Positions 26,117 to 39,799 of a DNA stretch of 64,000 nt are shown here, piece by piece (positions within the stretch are counted from its first letter, which is position 1; each line of letters opens with the position of its first letter). Under the pieces are notes generated by a model. It ran no database searches. It had not been told where the DNA came from and saw only the letters and a list, made by a program, of their open reading frames with translations. This DNA is from Octopus vulgaris. Its lineage: Eukaryota. The stretch lies in the NCBI GenBank assembly GCA_951406725.2, contig OX597828.1:15438001-15502000 (forward strand), in the 5' to 3' direction. The position numbers and the translations under genes were made by a program.

Positions 26117-27705
26117 TAATTGAAATATGGTAATGAAAGGTTAAAGAAAAAAAAACGATGATGATGAGAGGAAGGAGGAAGTTTTGAAAAATAATAATAA
26201 TAATAATGATGATTTAGGCACAAAGTCAGCAAATTTTGAGGGGTTAGTTGATTACATCAAACCCTGTACTTGACCAGCACTTTATTTTCTTGACCCTGGA
26301 AATATGAAAGGCAAAGCTGACCTTCATGGGTTTTGAATTCATAACTGTTTCTGACATAGGTAAAAGACGTAACAAATATACCTAAATCAATGTTTAACCC
26401 TGGTGTTTACTAGCTGTCCACAGCTTCTACAGTCCTTTGGTAAGATGAGGAATTTCCTCATCTAACACAATAGTATTAACACAGATTATACATATTTTTC
26501 AGGTAATTTATTGTGTAGTGCATTATAAATCAATAGATCAACCCACTTTACCAGTACATGCACTCATGAGGTAAATAAGACAGAGTTGTTTAGCTGGCTT
26601 TTAGATCATATACACTGTATAGCTCTAAGCTATAAACTTCTCCACAGAATTTGGCTGCTTTTTCACTGATGAACATCTAAGAAGACTAAGACCTTGTCGT
26701 TTATTGCCTATGCACAGATATGAACTAATAGTGTGTACTGTTTAATTTTTCTATTGTAATTAAAATTGTACGTTTATTTTTTTTTTAATTTCAAATCATA
26801 AAGAAAACCCCGTAATATGAAAAAGAATAATTAAATTAAAATAGTCATCTATATACTACATTTCTCTCTTTACTCTTTTACTTGTTTCAGTCATTTGACT
26901 GCGGCCATGCTGGAGCACCGCCTTTAGTCGAGCAAATCAACCCCAGGACTTATTCTTTGTAAGCCTAGTACTTATTCTATTGGTCTCTTTTTGCTGAACC
27001 GCTAAGTTACAGGGATGAAAACACACCAGCATCGGTTGTCAAGCGATGTTGGGGGGGGGGACAAACACAGACACACATATATATAAATATATACGACGGG
27101 CTTCTTTAAGTTTCCATCTACCAAATTCACTCACAAGGCTTTGGTCAGTCCGAGGCTATAGTAGAAGACACTTACCCAAGGAGCCATGCAGTGGGACTGA
27201 ACCCAGAACCATGTGGTTGGTAAGCAAGCTACTTACCACACAATCCACTCCTGTGCCTATATTCTATGCATATACATCATTGAAAAGCAATTTAATGTGG
27301 TAATCATCCAGAGATAATATTTCTTATGGACATGCTGTGTGGTAAGAAGCTTGCTTCCCAACCACATGATGCCAGGTTCAGTCCCACTACGTGGAACCTT
27401 AGGCTGTCCAAATTCTTGTCAGCAATGGATTAGGTAGATGGAAACTGAAAGAAGCCTGTCATGTGTATGTGTGTGTGTGTGTGTATTTGTGTTTGTTTCA
27501 CCCCACTGCTTGACAACTAGTGTTGGTGTATTTATGTCCCCCATAACTTATCTGTTCAGCTAAAGAGACTGAAACAAAAAATACCAGGCTTAAAAAGAAA
27601 ATAAGGGGTTGATTAGTGTGACTGAAATGCCTCAAGGCAGTGCTCCAGCATGACTAGTCTAATGACTGAAACTAGCAAAAGATAAAAGACGTATGTTAAT
27701 ATATA

Positions 27706-28050
27706 TTAGGTTGTCCGGAAAGTTCATGCCGATTTATAGTAGCTTACCTTTCGACTTATTTTAGAACATGGTTGAGTCCATAAAATAGGATTTGACTACA
27801 CCTCTATTTAGAGCACAGTTTAAGCTATCTTTTCATGGAAGAAAGTTTATGTTCCTATAACCTGTGTTAATTCTGTAACCCTTTAAAATGGAAGATAAGA
27901 AAGTTCATTTTTGGCACTTGATGCTTTGGGAACCAGACAAAAATTGCTGCAGCTCAGCTGGGATGTGTTACCCTACCCTCCATATTCACCAGAGATTGTT
28001 CCTTCGGATTTCCACTTATTCAGGTCTCTGCAGAATAGTCTTAATGGTAT
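27706..28050 (+). mobile_element. Deleted mariner transposon (left TIR plus fused N- and C-terminal transposase remnants)
   Basis: TA|ttaggttgtccggaaagttc TIR, then MEDKKVHF followed by TRQKLLQLSWDVLPYPPYSPEIVPSDFHLFRSLQN. Confidence 0.85.
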
Positions 28051-28793
28051 TAATTGGATGACTTTGTTATATTTGATTCAAGTTGAAAATTCTGGTCTTT
28101 TATGCTGAATAGAATTCAACACATGATAAAAAGCAGAATCTGACTCCTGAGTAATTAGAGAGACACGAAAAGTTGGTGTGTAATAGGGCTTTTATTAAAA
28201 ATGAAATTGTGTGTGTGTGTGTGTCTATTTTGTTCTGAGTTAAGTCCACCAAGGTCAACTATGCCCTTTGTTCTTCAACAATTGCTAAAATAGGTTACTG
28301 GTGAAGTACAGGGTGACTGATTTAATCTGTCAACAGGCAATGGGTTAAAAACATTATACTTAAAGCTTCAAATCATCACTCAACCGTGGGCTATGATGAC
28401 AAATGGATGTGACACAAACCAGCTGGAGCACAATGCTGTCACAGCTAATATAATCTACTTGTAACGCCCTGTATTACTGCCAACACAAGACATATTTTAT
28501 TGTTCACTCTCACACACACAAGTCCTCTCCCTCTGTATCTAAAACTGAGCTATGAAGAAAAAAGGATAATGACACACACATATTTGGTAAGAGATGCAAA
28601 ACAGTTTTTCTTCCCAAGAGTACACAGAGAATCTAAAGTGCATGGCAACCATGATAATATTGCTCTGTGCTAGATTCACTAAATTTTTCACCACATACTT
28701 TCATTACATTTACACACGCACAAACTACAAACATATGCACATCTACACCAACACACACACACACAAACTACAAACATATGCACATCTACACCA

Positions 28794-28824
<31 letters not shown>

Positions 28825-31028
28825 GGTATAAAAATTATATATAAAAAGGGACAAGAACGTGAAATACACAAAGATACAACACAAAAAACAGACGGGTCAT
28901 TCAAAGCCTTTAATCTTCAGTCAGGAACCGGATCATCATAGCAAATTTCGGCTGATTAATCCTGAGCACACACACACACCATTGATTATCCATGTCAACT
29001 AGGGAGCCTCTACACCATGGTTGCTTGATCTTCCAGAAGCAACAGTCTAGTCTTCCTCAAATCACATTCCTAATATCTTTTTTTTTTTTTTTGAAGGAAA
29101 AAAAAATGGCTAATGTAGGTTTAAACATACAAAGAGATGTGGTAATCCTATCTGGACTGCATTCAATCATAAGCCTGTTCAGCCAGAGCTAACCCTGGGT
29201 TAAACAACAACAACAACATCAGCAGCAGCAGCTTCCTATACAGAAATGTCTAGACATCTGAGACTCTGACTTGTATAGTATAGTGTAGGTTAGTCCTCAC
29301 TGAATAGACCTGTAATGAAAGGCACTCCAGCAATGACAATCCCATCTTTATATATTTTACAAACATAGGGCAATGTAGTCCAAGATAAATTATGCATAAT
29401 TTGTTTCTTTAAGACTATGTATATATTGTTCTTGTAGTAGTTTGAGAGACCCCTTAAAACAAATCTCTATTCTGAATGAGTTTACTTTCTTAATAAAAAT
29501 AAAGTGAAATAAAACCATATGTTAAGAAAGTTATCAGAATACAACTGGGAAATCAAAAATAACAGTCTAAATAAAAATCTAGCTTTTATTTTGATTTCCG
29601 TTTTTCTTTTCCTTCTTTAGCTGCTTTTACTGTTGATCAATCTTTACTAAAAGGAAATGATAGATTCCAAAGATAAAGATTTCAATGTTTACGGCTAGTT
29701 AAGGCCATTTGATTTTATCAACTGATGTGTTAACAATGTCCAAATCGGTGAAATATGAGAGTTAGCAGATGAAACGTGTTGCTAGACTTAATCCTAGTTT
29801 AACACCACTATCTCAATGAACCTTGGTTGATTTAAGTGCAGTTACACTATGCTGTAAGTATTTCATTCATGTCTCTGGTTGAGAAAATTTAAGATCTTCC
29901 TCTCTTTCTTACACCAGTCTCGGAAATCCTGCAAAAAGCCATCGGTGTTGCTGTTCCTTTTCCAAGCCACACACAACAATAACAACAATATTAGAGAGCT
30001 TCACAGTAGTTACATTCAAGACAGCCCTTTATGTCTTCCAACGAGTGATAGTCTTGACATTAAGAGTCAAATCAATCGACTGTACACTCCTTCCTTATAC
30101 ATGTGGGCCTCTCGCCAATGTAAGAAATCAACACAGCTGTCAGATAAAACAAATGTGGGTATTGACAGTGATTACAAAAATAACTCTGATGAACTATATT
30201 TTCCAGATTTCTAATATTTCGTGTCCTAGCGAGAGTATAGCATGATACTTTGAGAGCGCTTAACTGTTTTAATAACTCAGTCTTGCCATCGCCCCAGAGC
30301 CATTTCAAGGTATGAGCACACTGAACACTTGCAAGAGGCACAAGGGGTCTAGGGATCCAATGGAAATCTATGTAGGTTGTAATTGTGTTTAAAGGGGGTC
30401 TCAGGAAATTGTATTGATCTGGACCCTACAGTGTTGTTGAGCTGTCTTAAACAATTTTAAAGGGAAATATTGATATTCTGTTATGATATGTAATTGAGGA
30501 AGTGTATATGCTTTTTAACTAATTTTTATTGCCATTGTTTATATTTTTGTTCAATATATACTCCAAAATAATTTTTTAAAAAGCCATAAAAATTTACACA
30601 CACACACAAACATATATCATCATCACTGTTTAATGTCCGCCTTCCATGCTGGCATGAGTTGAACGGTTTGACGGGAGCTGGCTAGGCAGAATCCTGCACC
30701 AGACTTCTGTGTCTGTTTTGGCATGGCTTTCATACACATGTGTATGTGTAAACTGCATAGTAAATATTCAAATAGGGCAAATCTATTTAATTATTTCTCT
30801 GCAGACTGAAAAAAATTGTGAACAGCTTTAATCAATTGTCGAGCATTATTGCATTCTCATCAGTGTTGTCGGCATCACTTTGACCGATCCCAAAGAAACA
30901 AGCAACCAATCTGTTTATATACACAACAAATCCAATAGCTACAGAGAACTAGAGTTATATATATCATCTTGATAGGACAATGAGTGGCAGGGTTGAATGA
31001 TCAGTCAGTGGTGAGCCTTTAAAAGAAT

Positions 31029-31800
31029 TTGGATACCCAGTGTAAGCTATGGACGCACAAGAGGTGCAGCAACATCAAAAGAAAATTAACTGAGAAGATC
31101 GCTTTTGTGTGCGGCAGATGCACAGGGGAAATAGACACCGCAGATACTCAGAAAACAGATTCCATCACACTCCAGGGGGAGAAACTAGAAGTAGTTGTTA
31201 GTTTCTGCTACCTAGGTGACCAAGTTAGTAGTGGAGGTGGATGCTCAGAGAGTGTCACTACTAGAATACAAATAGTCTGGGCAAAGTTTAGAAAGCTTCT
31301 ACCCCTACTGGTAACAAAGGGTCTCTCACTCAGAGTGAAAGGTAGATTATACGACGCATGTGTGCGAACTGCCATGCTTCACAGTAGTGAAACATGGGCT
31401 GTGACTGCAGAGGACATATGTAGGCTTGAAAGAAATGAAGCTAGCATGCTTCACTGGATGTGCAATGTCAATGTGCACACACGACAGAGTGTAAGCGCCC
31501 TGAGAGAAATGCTGGACATAAGAAGCATTGGATGTGGTGTGCAAGAGAGACGTCTGCAGTGGTATGGTCATGTACTACGGATGGATGAGGAGAGATGTGT
31601 GAAGAAGTGCCACTCCCAAACAGTTGAAGGAATCCGGGGTAGAAGTAGACCCAGGAAGACATGGGATGAGGTGGTCAAGCATGACCATCGAATGTTGGGC
31701 CTCACAGAGGCAATGATGAAAGACCGAGATCTCTGGAGATATGCTGTGACTGCAAAGACCTGACAAATAACGTGAGTTTATGGCTGTTTCCTGCACCAGC
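31029..31800 (+). mobile_element. 5'-truncated RTE LINE, RT C-terminal region (244-aa open frame)
   Basis: VVSFCYLGD, RLQWYGHVLR, GRSRPRKTW and DRDLWR motifs, preceded by a Cys/His PHD-like segment. Confidence 0.92.
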
Positions 31801-32471
31801 AAAAAATAACTCTTTTCTAAAGAGTGAGTTCCAAATGGGAATGAGTTTTATTGAGAAAGTCATCATCATTTATCATCTGTTGTCCATGCTGGCATGGGTT
31901 GGACAGTTTGCCCAGAGATGGCAAGCAGGAAAGCTGCACCAGGCTTCAGTTGTAGAATATCTTTATTATATCTATTTAGAAAGAGATTAGAACGTAGGGT
32001 TGGTTGGAGGTTTTGGAAATGGTGAAAAAATTGGAAAAGGGAGCTGGCACCATAATTGTTCATTATTTTTACAAATATCATGTCATCTCTAATAATAATT
32101 CATCTCCGTAAAGTTTGTAATTGAAAGTATATTGTTTGCATAAAAATATGATAATTGAAGCATTAAATCACCTTAATTAATGACAACAAGAGTAACATCT
32201 TGGTTAATGTAGTTGCTGGTTTTTCATCAATATATATATATAATATGCTATGTGTCTTTGTGTGAGTGTGCCATGTAAAAAGCACTCAGTACACTCTGTG
32301 GGGTGGTTGGTGTTAGGAAGGGCATCCAGCTGTAAAAACCATGCCAAAACAGACAGTGAAGCCTAGTGCAGTTTTCTGCCTGGCCAGCCCTTATCAAACC
32401 ATTCAACCCATGCCAGCATGGAAAGAGGATGTTAACTGATGATGATGAAGATATATATATATATACATATA

Positions 32472-32858
32472 CTAACAGTATAGCCCAGCATTGCTCAGGT
32501 TTGTTTTCTTTTCAACCCTTTAGAATTGGAATTTTTGAAAAGTAAAAATTTTGCATTATGTAGCTTGTTATTCTCTTTAAGTGAATATTTTTCTGGTTGA
32601 AATACACCGAAAAATGGCGACACAGCAGTAAAAAAATAGGGATTTTCATAGAAAAAAAAGCACCTTTTTGATGTAAATAATTTTTGGTCTTAACATGGTC
32701 CGATTTGAATTATTTCTTCTACGGAATGAAGAGCAAGCCTTCTTCTATCATACTCTCAATTTTGGTCAGCTGCAGGGTCTCGGAGGAGATAGTGTTAGTT
32801 GAAGGCTACCAAACCTGCCACACACAAAGACAACTTCAGCTTTATATTATATAGAAGA
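32472..32858 (-). mobile_element. Non-autonomous Helitron
   Basis: The minus strand starts TC (tcttctatataatataaagctg) and ends with hairpin cctgagcaatgctggg followed by a CTAG-like ttag. It is inserted between A and T with no TSD. Confidence 0.7.
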
Positions 32859-35800
32859 TAAAACACTTTTTTTTGTGAGTAACATTCTAGTGTTTGAAGC
32901 TGTTGAATTTGTTCAATTCACAAGATTTATTCTTTTTAAATTCAACATGAGATGGGGGTTGTTCTGTTTATTTTTTGCATTTGTCTCAAAATGCTTAATA
33001 AAATAGCTTTCTAAATTATCCAAGAGCATCTCAACTTAATTGTTATTTGTATTTTTGTATTTCAAAGATAATTCTGCTAGCAGAAGGAAACTAAAACAGT
33101 AAACTAAGTAGGAGTAGGCGATAATCAGAAATGGTAAATGTGGGTGAAATGTAATGAGATGTTTTGTTCTTAATTTCTTTGGTATTTTAATCAAAATGGA
33201 AATAAAATTTTATTGTACTCTTTTACTTGTTTCAGTCATTTGACTGTGGCCATGCTGGAGCACCACATTTAGTCGAGCAAATCGACCCCAGGACTTATTC
33301 TTTGTAAGCCTAGTACTTATTCTATCGGTCTCTTTTGCCAAACCGCTACATGACGGGGACATAAACACACTAGCATCGGTTGTCCAATGATGTCAGCGGG
33401 GACAAACACAGACACACAAATACACACACACACATATATATACGACAGACTTCTTTCAGTTTCCGTCTACCAAATCCACTCACAAGGCCTTGGTCGGCCC
33501 GAGGCTATAGTAGAAGACACTTGCCCAAGGTGCCACGCAGTGGGACTGAACCCGGAACCATGTGGTTGGTAAGCAAGCTACTTACCACACAGCCACTCCT
33601 ACGCCTACTATTTATTTTATCAATATCACATGCATATTAATATATATGAAATTAAATATCAAACTCTTTTGCTTTCAAAGTATCATTGCTCATGTAGCAT
33701 TTAAGTTTTACAGTCTCATTGCCTTGACATTAGGAAATAGTGGTAAGCAAGTGTTGCTGTCATGCAAGAGGTATTCAATCTTCCACAGGATCATGTTTGG
33801 GTATGGTGAAATATTACCTTACTTGGAAAGAGGTAAGGGTCGGTGATGGGGGGGGCTGTATGAAATCTGTCTGATCCATGAGAGGATGCAAAAGTAGGGG
33901 TTTCATATATATTACGAGGGTAATGATATTTTCAACCAAGACATTACAACTGTGCTTCAATTCAACATAGACATAGGAATGGCTGCGTGGTAAGTAGCTT
34001 GCTTACGAAACATATTTTCAGGTTCAGTCCCACGGCACTACACCTTAGGCAAGTGTCTTCTACTATAGCCTCGGGCCGACCAAACACTTGTGAGTGGATT
34101 TGGTAGACGGAAACTGAAAGAAGCTCGTCGTATATATGTATATATATATGTATGTGCGTGTGTATTTGTTTGTGTGTCTGTGTTTGTCCCCCTAACATCG
34201 CTTGACAACCGATGCTGGAGTGTTTACGTCCCCCGTAACTTAGTGGTTTGGCAAAAGAGACCGATAGGATAGAATAAGTACTAGGCTTACAAAGAATAAG
34301 TCATGGGGTCGATTTGCTCAACTAAAGGCGGTGCTCCAGCATGGCCACAGTTATGGCCACACTACAAAGAGTAAAAGAGTGTAATGTTTATTTACTCAAT
34401 TGCTGACATTTAGCAATAGCCCTCTCCCATTGTTTTGATCCACCATTTTCTATCATTAATAAAACTGTCAGCAGTTTTTGATGACACAGGTACGCTAGTG
34501 TTTCAAATAGTTTTCATTTCCACTTGTAAAAGGTATTGACATCTCCTCCAGACAACACAGAAGATACAGATTGATCTAATTTCAAAGACTACATGGTAAA
34601 TAAACAGCCAAAGAATGATGTTAAGTAAATTATGTAACTATTGTAACAAAAATAACCAAGTCAATATAATAATATAAATATTTGTGTATACAGTCAATAT
34701 GACTACTCGGAAGAAAATGTCTTATCTTTAATATCTTTAGATCATATAGATATCTTGCCAAACTGAAAACAGCAAGAGGAAAATATAAGAACAACAACGA
34801 TTTTTATGGCTCTACAGCATAATTTAATTACCATTTTACTCTATGTCTAGGTGGCTGCATTGACCTGCTAAAAATAGCAGTTAAATATTCCTGAAATCAC
34901 ACCCTAGTATTTTAAATAAGGAAGGACACATTGAGATAATGCGGTTACCAAATACATAGCGTCTGTGAAAAAGAGAAGGTAAAATAACAGGGTTATGTCA
35001 GGACTTCTTTTGTTATACGTCTGCTCGGTTAGGCTAAGTCCAACCTGGGTTTAGGGTTGACGGCCAACGATGATTTTTTCCCCCCGTAAGTTGTTTGAGG
35101 TAGGGTTAAATTTTTTTGCGTTGTTGTTATACATAAATGCATATACCAACACATATTCATATACACACACGTACACATATAAAATATATATACAAGTACA
35201 TTATACACATACAGATATATGTCTACACACAGATGTATTATTTATATATGTGAACGTAATAATACTAATAATAATGTTTCATTTTGGCACAGAGCCAGCA
35301 ATATCGAAAGAAGTCGATTACATCAACCCCAGTACTTATATCATGGACCCCGAAAGAATGAAAGGCAAAGTCGATCTCGGCGGAATTTGAACTCAGATCG
35401 TAAAGACGGACGAAATGCCGCTAAGCATTTTGTCCGGCATGCCAACAGTACTTCCAGCTCGCCGCATTTGTATGTAATAATAATAAGGATTATTATTATA
35501 CTTTTAAATTTTGGCACAAGGCCAGCAATTTTAAGGGAAAGGGATTAATCGATGCCATTGTCCCCCACAACTTGACTGGTATTTTATTTTATCGACCTCC
35601 CCCACCAGCAAAAGGATAAAAAGCAAAGTTGACCTCAGCAGGATTTGAACTCAATAAGTAATTTCTATAGTTGACACAAGGACAACAATACAAGGAATTA
35701 CACCGCGGAGCTATAATAGAATATTATAGAATATTATTGCGAAGGAAAAGGAAACAGAATAAATATATATATATATATATATAACGGGAAGCTTTATGAA

Positions 35801-35912
35801 AATAGACAAAAGACGAAGGCAGGTTTACGGAAATAAACAAAAGACGAAGGCAGGTGGAATACAAACAAACAATTGTATTAGTATGGCGCTCAGGAAATAT
35901 AAATAAAACAAG

Positions 35913-35950
35913 TCTTTAACGTTTCGAGCCTACGCTCTTCAACAGAAAGA
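35913..35950 (-). ncRNA. Minimal hammerhead-like motif in a Penelope-like pseudo-LTR fragment (35783-35985)
   Basis: UCUUU-CUGUUGA-A-GAGC-GUAG-GCUC-GAAA-CG-UU-AAAGA. Helices I and II are perfect, helix III is the palindrome ACGU, and the core has A6>U. Confidence 0.55.
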
Positions 35951-36568
35951 TACACAGAAAGAAGGAGAGAAAAAGAATGCGTGCATATCATATTACTGTG
36001 TTTCATGCAAATGGAATTACGATTCCGAAAGAATTTTTTTCCCCCACGAAAATATTCCAATTCTTTTATTTATTTTTGGTTTTTTTTTTACATCTTTTTT
36101 ATCCCTTGATTCCGTGTTCTTATCCAATGTAGACATTAGTTATGAATTAAAAGTTTCTGTTGTTGTTATTAAGGAAAGGGCGAAGATTTTATGATGGGAG
36201 AAAAATATGTAAAGAATTAGGATAAATAGTAGTGGTAGTAGAAGTTCGAAGTCAGCCCTGACTGAAAAAAGGCCTAAGATCAAAGACATTCAAGCTTAGT
36301 GTATCTAGGACTACATTAATGCAGTGTATTCCTTTTTAAGGGAAAATCGGTTTTTTTTTTTTATAGAGCAGATGCTGTTTGATATGAGAGACTGAGATTG
36401 TTTGACTTGGCGCTCTCAAATTAGAGCAGGTCGCTCGATTGCGTGAAGGCCTTTCTTTTCTACATGATGCTTGCTGAAAGAAGTTTAAGAAACTCGTAGT
36501 CTTTCATGAAATATCCTTGTTGGCTGACTGGCAGTAAATAACAGTGGTAAGAGGAAATACTTATGAAA

Positions 36569-36913
36569 CTAATGAGGCACCTAGAACGAAGCACATACAG
36601 CTGAGTATTACTAGGGGAGAACGGGAAATAGTTACATCAAGAGAGAGAAATGGAAATAGTTACATCAAGGAAAAGTATTTTAATGTAAGGAAAAGGTTCT
36701 ATGAGTAAATAAAAATGCTAGAAATAACAGCTAAACCTCCTAATGAGGCACCTAGAACGAAGCACATACAGCTGAGTATTACTAGGAGAGAACGGGAAAT
36801 AGTTACATCAAGAGAGAGAAATGGAATTAGTTACATCAAGGAAAAGTATTTTAATGTAAGGAAAAGGTTCTATGAGTAAATAAAAATGCTAGAAATAACA
36901 GCTAAACCTCCTA
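36569..36913. repeat. Direct tandem duplication, 2 x 171 bp
   Basis: ctaatgaggcacctagaacgaagc... starts at both 36569 and 36740, with only about 2 differences. Confidence 0.95.
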
Positions 36914-39249
36914 TAATTCACAGCCTACCGTCTTTTTAAAATGCTTCATAAGATAATGTAATACTAGATATATAAAGTCTGGAAAATAAGAAGAGAAAAA
37001 GGATAAATGGTTACACTGGGAATGTTTTTGATCATGAGTCTGCTCGACCAGTGTTGTTCACCTCGGGTTAAACAGCAGCAGCAGTAAAACCTATATAGAA
37101 TGCAAGCAAACAAGGGAGATACTATATGGTAACGCGACCTGCTAGAGAGAGCAGGTAAATTTTTCCTTCTTATTACATCCTACCGTCTTAGGAAAGGAAG
37201 GACACATTGGATAAAACATCAGATGGTCATAGCTGACCCGCTTTAGATCACACGTCAGTTCGAGATGACCCGAGGGTTAAACCACATTAACTATGTGACT
37301 AAGTGTAACCGATAATGATCATCATCATTATCATGAGTCTAAGGACACCAAAGACGAGCTGGAAAGTTCGAAGAATTTTTATGAACATACAAAAATATAC
37401 AGAATAGATAACCAACGCGTTTTGCCTCTTAAGACCTAAAATAAATTACAAGACTTTTATCACCTCCCAGTAACTATGCAAAATTTGAGATTTTCTTTCT
37501 TTTTGTGTAAAACCAAATGAATTGTTCGTGAAGAAACATTTTTTTTTTTTTTATTATCGAAAATATTAAAATTTCTAGACGGAACATTAAAAATATTAAG
37601 CGAGTCTGTCAATGTTTGTTTATTTTGTAGATAAAATTTCAAGGATAATTGAATATTAATAAAATTTGATATAGTAACAACATAAATTACCCTAATTCTT
37701 CATAGTCAAAGGAAACTACGTCGCCTCCACATTTTCGTTAAAGTTCTTTGGCTAAAACGAAGAATTCCAGTGTCGAAGACATTAACTAAAAACAGGCGCT
37801 CTTGATTAGGCAAACCACCAACGATCTATACAGAATTAATGTTTCGACTGCTTTGACTACGTAAGAAAAAAAGAATTGATTTATGTTCTAAAAAGACGTA
37901 GAAAAACCGAATTTAATGTTTAAACAAAGAGTTCGGAAAATATTTCAATAAATAAAAAAAAGTAAACCTCATTAGACTTTAAAGGAACTAACAAGGAAGC
38001 TTCAGTCTGTTAGAAATAGCAGCCAATCTTCCTCAAATCACAACCTAAAAACACAACATGACATTGGATAACGTGGTCACAAATATACGCCGACTTTGGA
38101 AGGAATCCAAAAGACAGTACAGTCACGGCTGGAATGCCTGTGATCGTAAGGTCTGCAAGATCAGAGTTGACATGGGGTGTAGTTACGTGGTCTGGGGTCA
38201 AACAACAATCATGACAACAGCAAATGGATACTAATTAAGCTTATAAATGAAAATCTAGAACTCCCTGTGTTATCTAAGAATATGTAAAGTTCTGATTGAA
38301 GCCATTTGAGGGAGATAGAGAAAGAGAGGGGCCATGTGCTAATAAAATACGCAATAGAAGATAAAGAGTCAGCAAGCATGTTATGTTATATATACGTGCT
38401 GTTCGTTACATGTGTAGAGAGATGATCAGATCGATAACGGTTCACTGCTCGCTTTAGTTGTTTGTATTAAAATCAATGAACACTTTTACCTTTGGAAAGG
38501 AAAACTACAAAAGTTTTATAAAGTCAGAGCAATAAGAGATCCACGTGCATTATATTGTTACAGAAGGAGTTTGTGATGGGCAGATAGGTATAGAATAGAC
38601 GGGCAACAGTGTTTCAGACAAAGCTGTACCTAAGTAACAATGGTACTTGATTACACTAATTCGATTATATTCTACCGCTGCTTTTTCTTTCCTTTTCTAT
38701 TTTCTTTTTCATTGAAAACATTTAAGAAATCGATTTTGTGACCTAAAGTCTAGGGGTAATTGGAATGGCTATAGAAATAAATAAAAATAGGATTAGTGAA
38801 CGAAAGATTAATTCTGGATGAGTTGAAGTGGACTTATTAAATAATGTATCTGAGGTATGGGTGGGTAGCCCTTAAGTTTTGCATGCAAAACACAAAAAGA
38901 TGTTGGCTTGTACTGGCTATTAAAGTGAGAAAAATTTAGCTATAATTTCTATAAACCATTTTTTTAAAAACAACAGTTTTCTTTTTTCATTTAGTTACAT
39001 ACAGAAAGGAGATATCAAAATGAAAAAAAAAAGAAAAGAAAGCAAACCAAATTTTCAATCATTCGGGTAATCAAAGGAAAAAGTCTTGTATATCTAAAAT
39101 TTGTATGTTTTTGTAGGTAAAATTTAAATATTACACTAATAAGTACATACAATAAAATAAATTTTATTCCATTGTTGTAACTATTTGTGTTACTTTTCGC
39201 CGACACAAATCGTGATAAATTAATTGTCAGTTTCTATTGTTCAACTACT

Positions 39250-39303
<54 letters not shown>

Positions 39304-39452
39304 TTGTTCCAGGTAGCTGAACACATATTTTCTCAATCATTCATTGTGTGAGAAGCAAAGATTATTATTATTATTTTTAACTGTTTAGGGGAAAAGAAAA
39401 GAAAACAATAAAGCGCGTATGTTGTGCGTAAAATTTTAAAAAATCATTTTAC

Positions 39453-39783
39453 CTATGAGTGTGGTGAAAGCAAGGAAAGCCAGTAAGGCTTGCACGAAGA
39501 GACCCAGTGGTCCAAGTAAATCTCCCGGGGAACATCGTACATCCATGAGTAGTTTCGCTTCTGTAGTGTCAGATGGAAGACGGGTTGAGGCAGGCACTTG
39601 GTGTGAGTGCCGGGTGTTATTGGCACGGGACGGGATTCTAGAAAACAATAGAAACGAAGAAGCCGAAGACCCATTGAGGCTTGTTATGTTAACTAGCTGA
39701 CGCTGTGTCAATTCTTGTGCGACAACACTCACCGAATGTTGACCATCTTCGACCAAGAGTGTATTGTCCAGCTGGAAAAGCAT
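39453..39783 (-). CDS. TMEM110: First coding exon of a TMEM110/STIMATE (store-operated calcium entry regulator) orthologue
   Basis: Translation ...RCSPGDLLGPLGLFVQALLAFLAFTTLI resembles the recalled human STIMATE segment [29 protein letters not shown] (first TM helix). The exon ends ATA G|gtaaaa, a phase-1 GT donor at 39452-39451. The first in-frame ATG is at 39783 (upstream in-frame TGA), with an alternative ATG at 39546. Confidence 0.85.
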
Positions 39784-39799
39784 CAATGCCGGAATAGTT

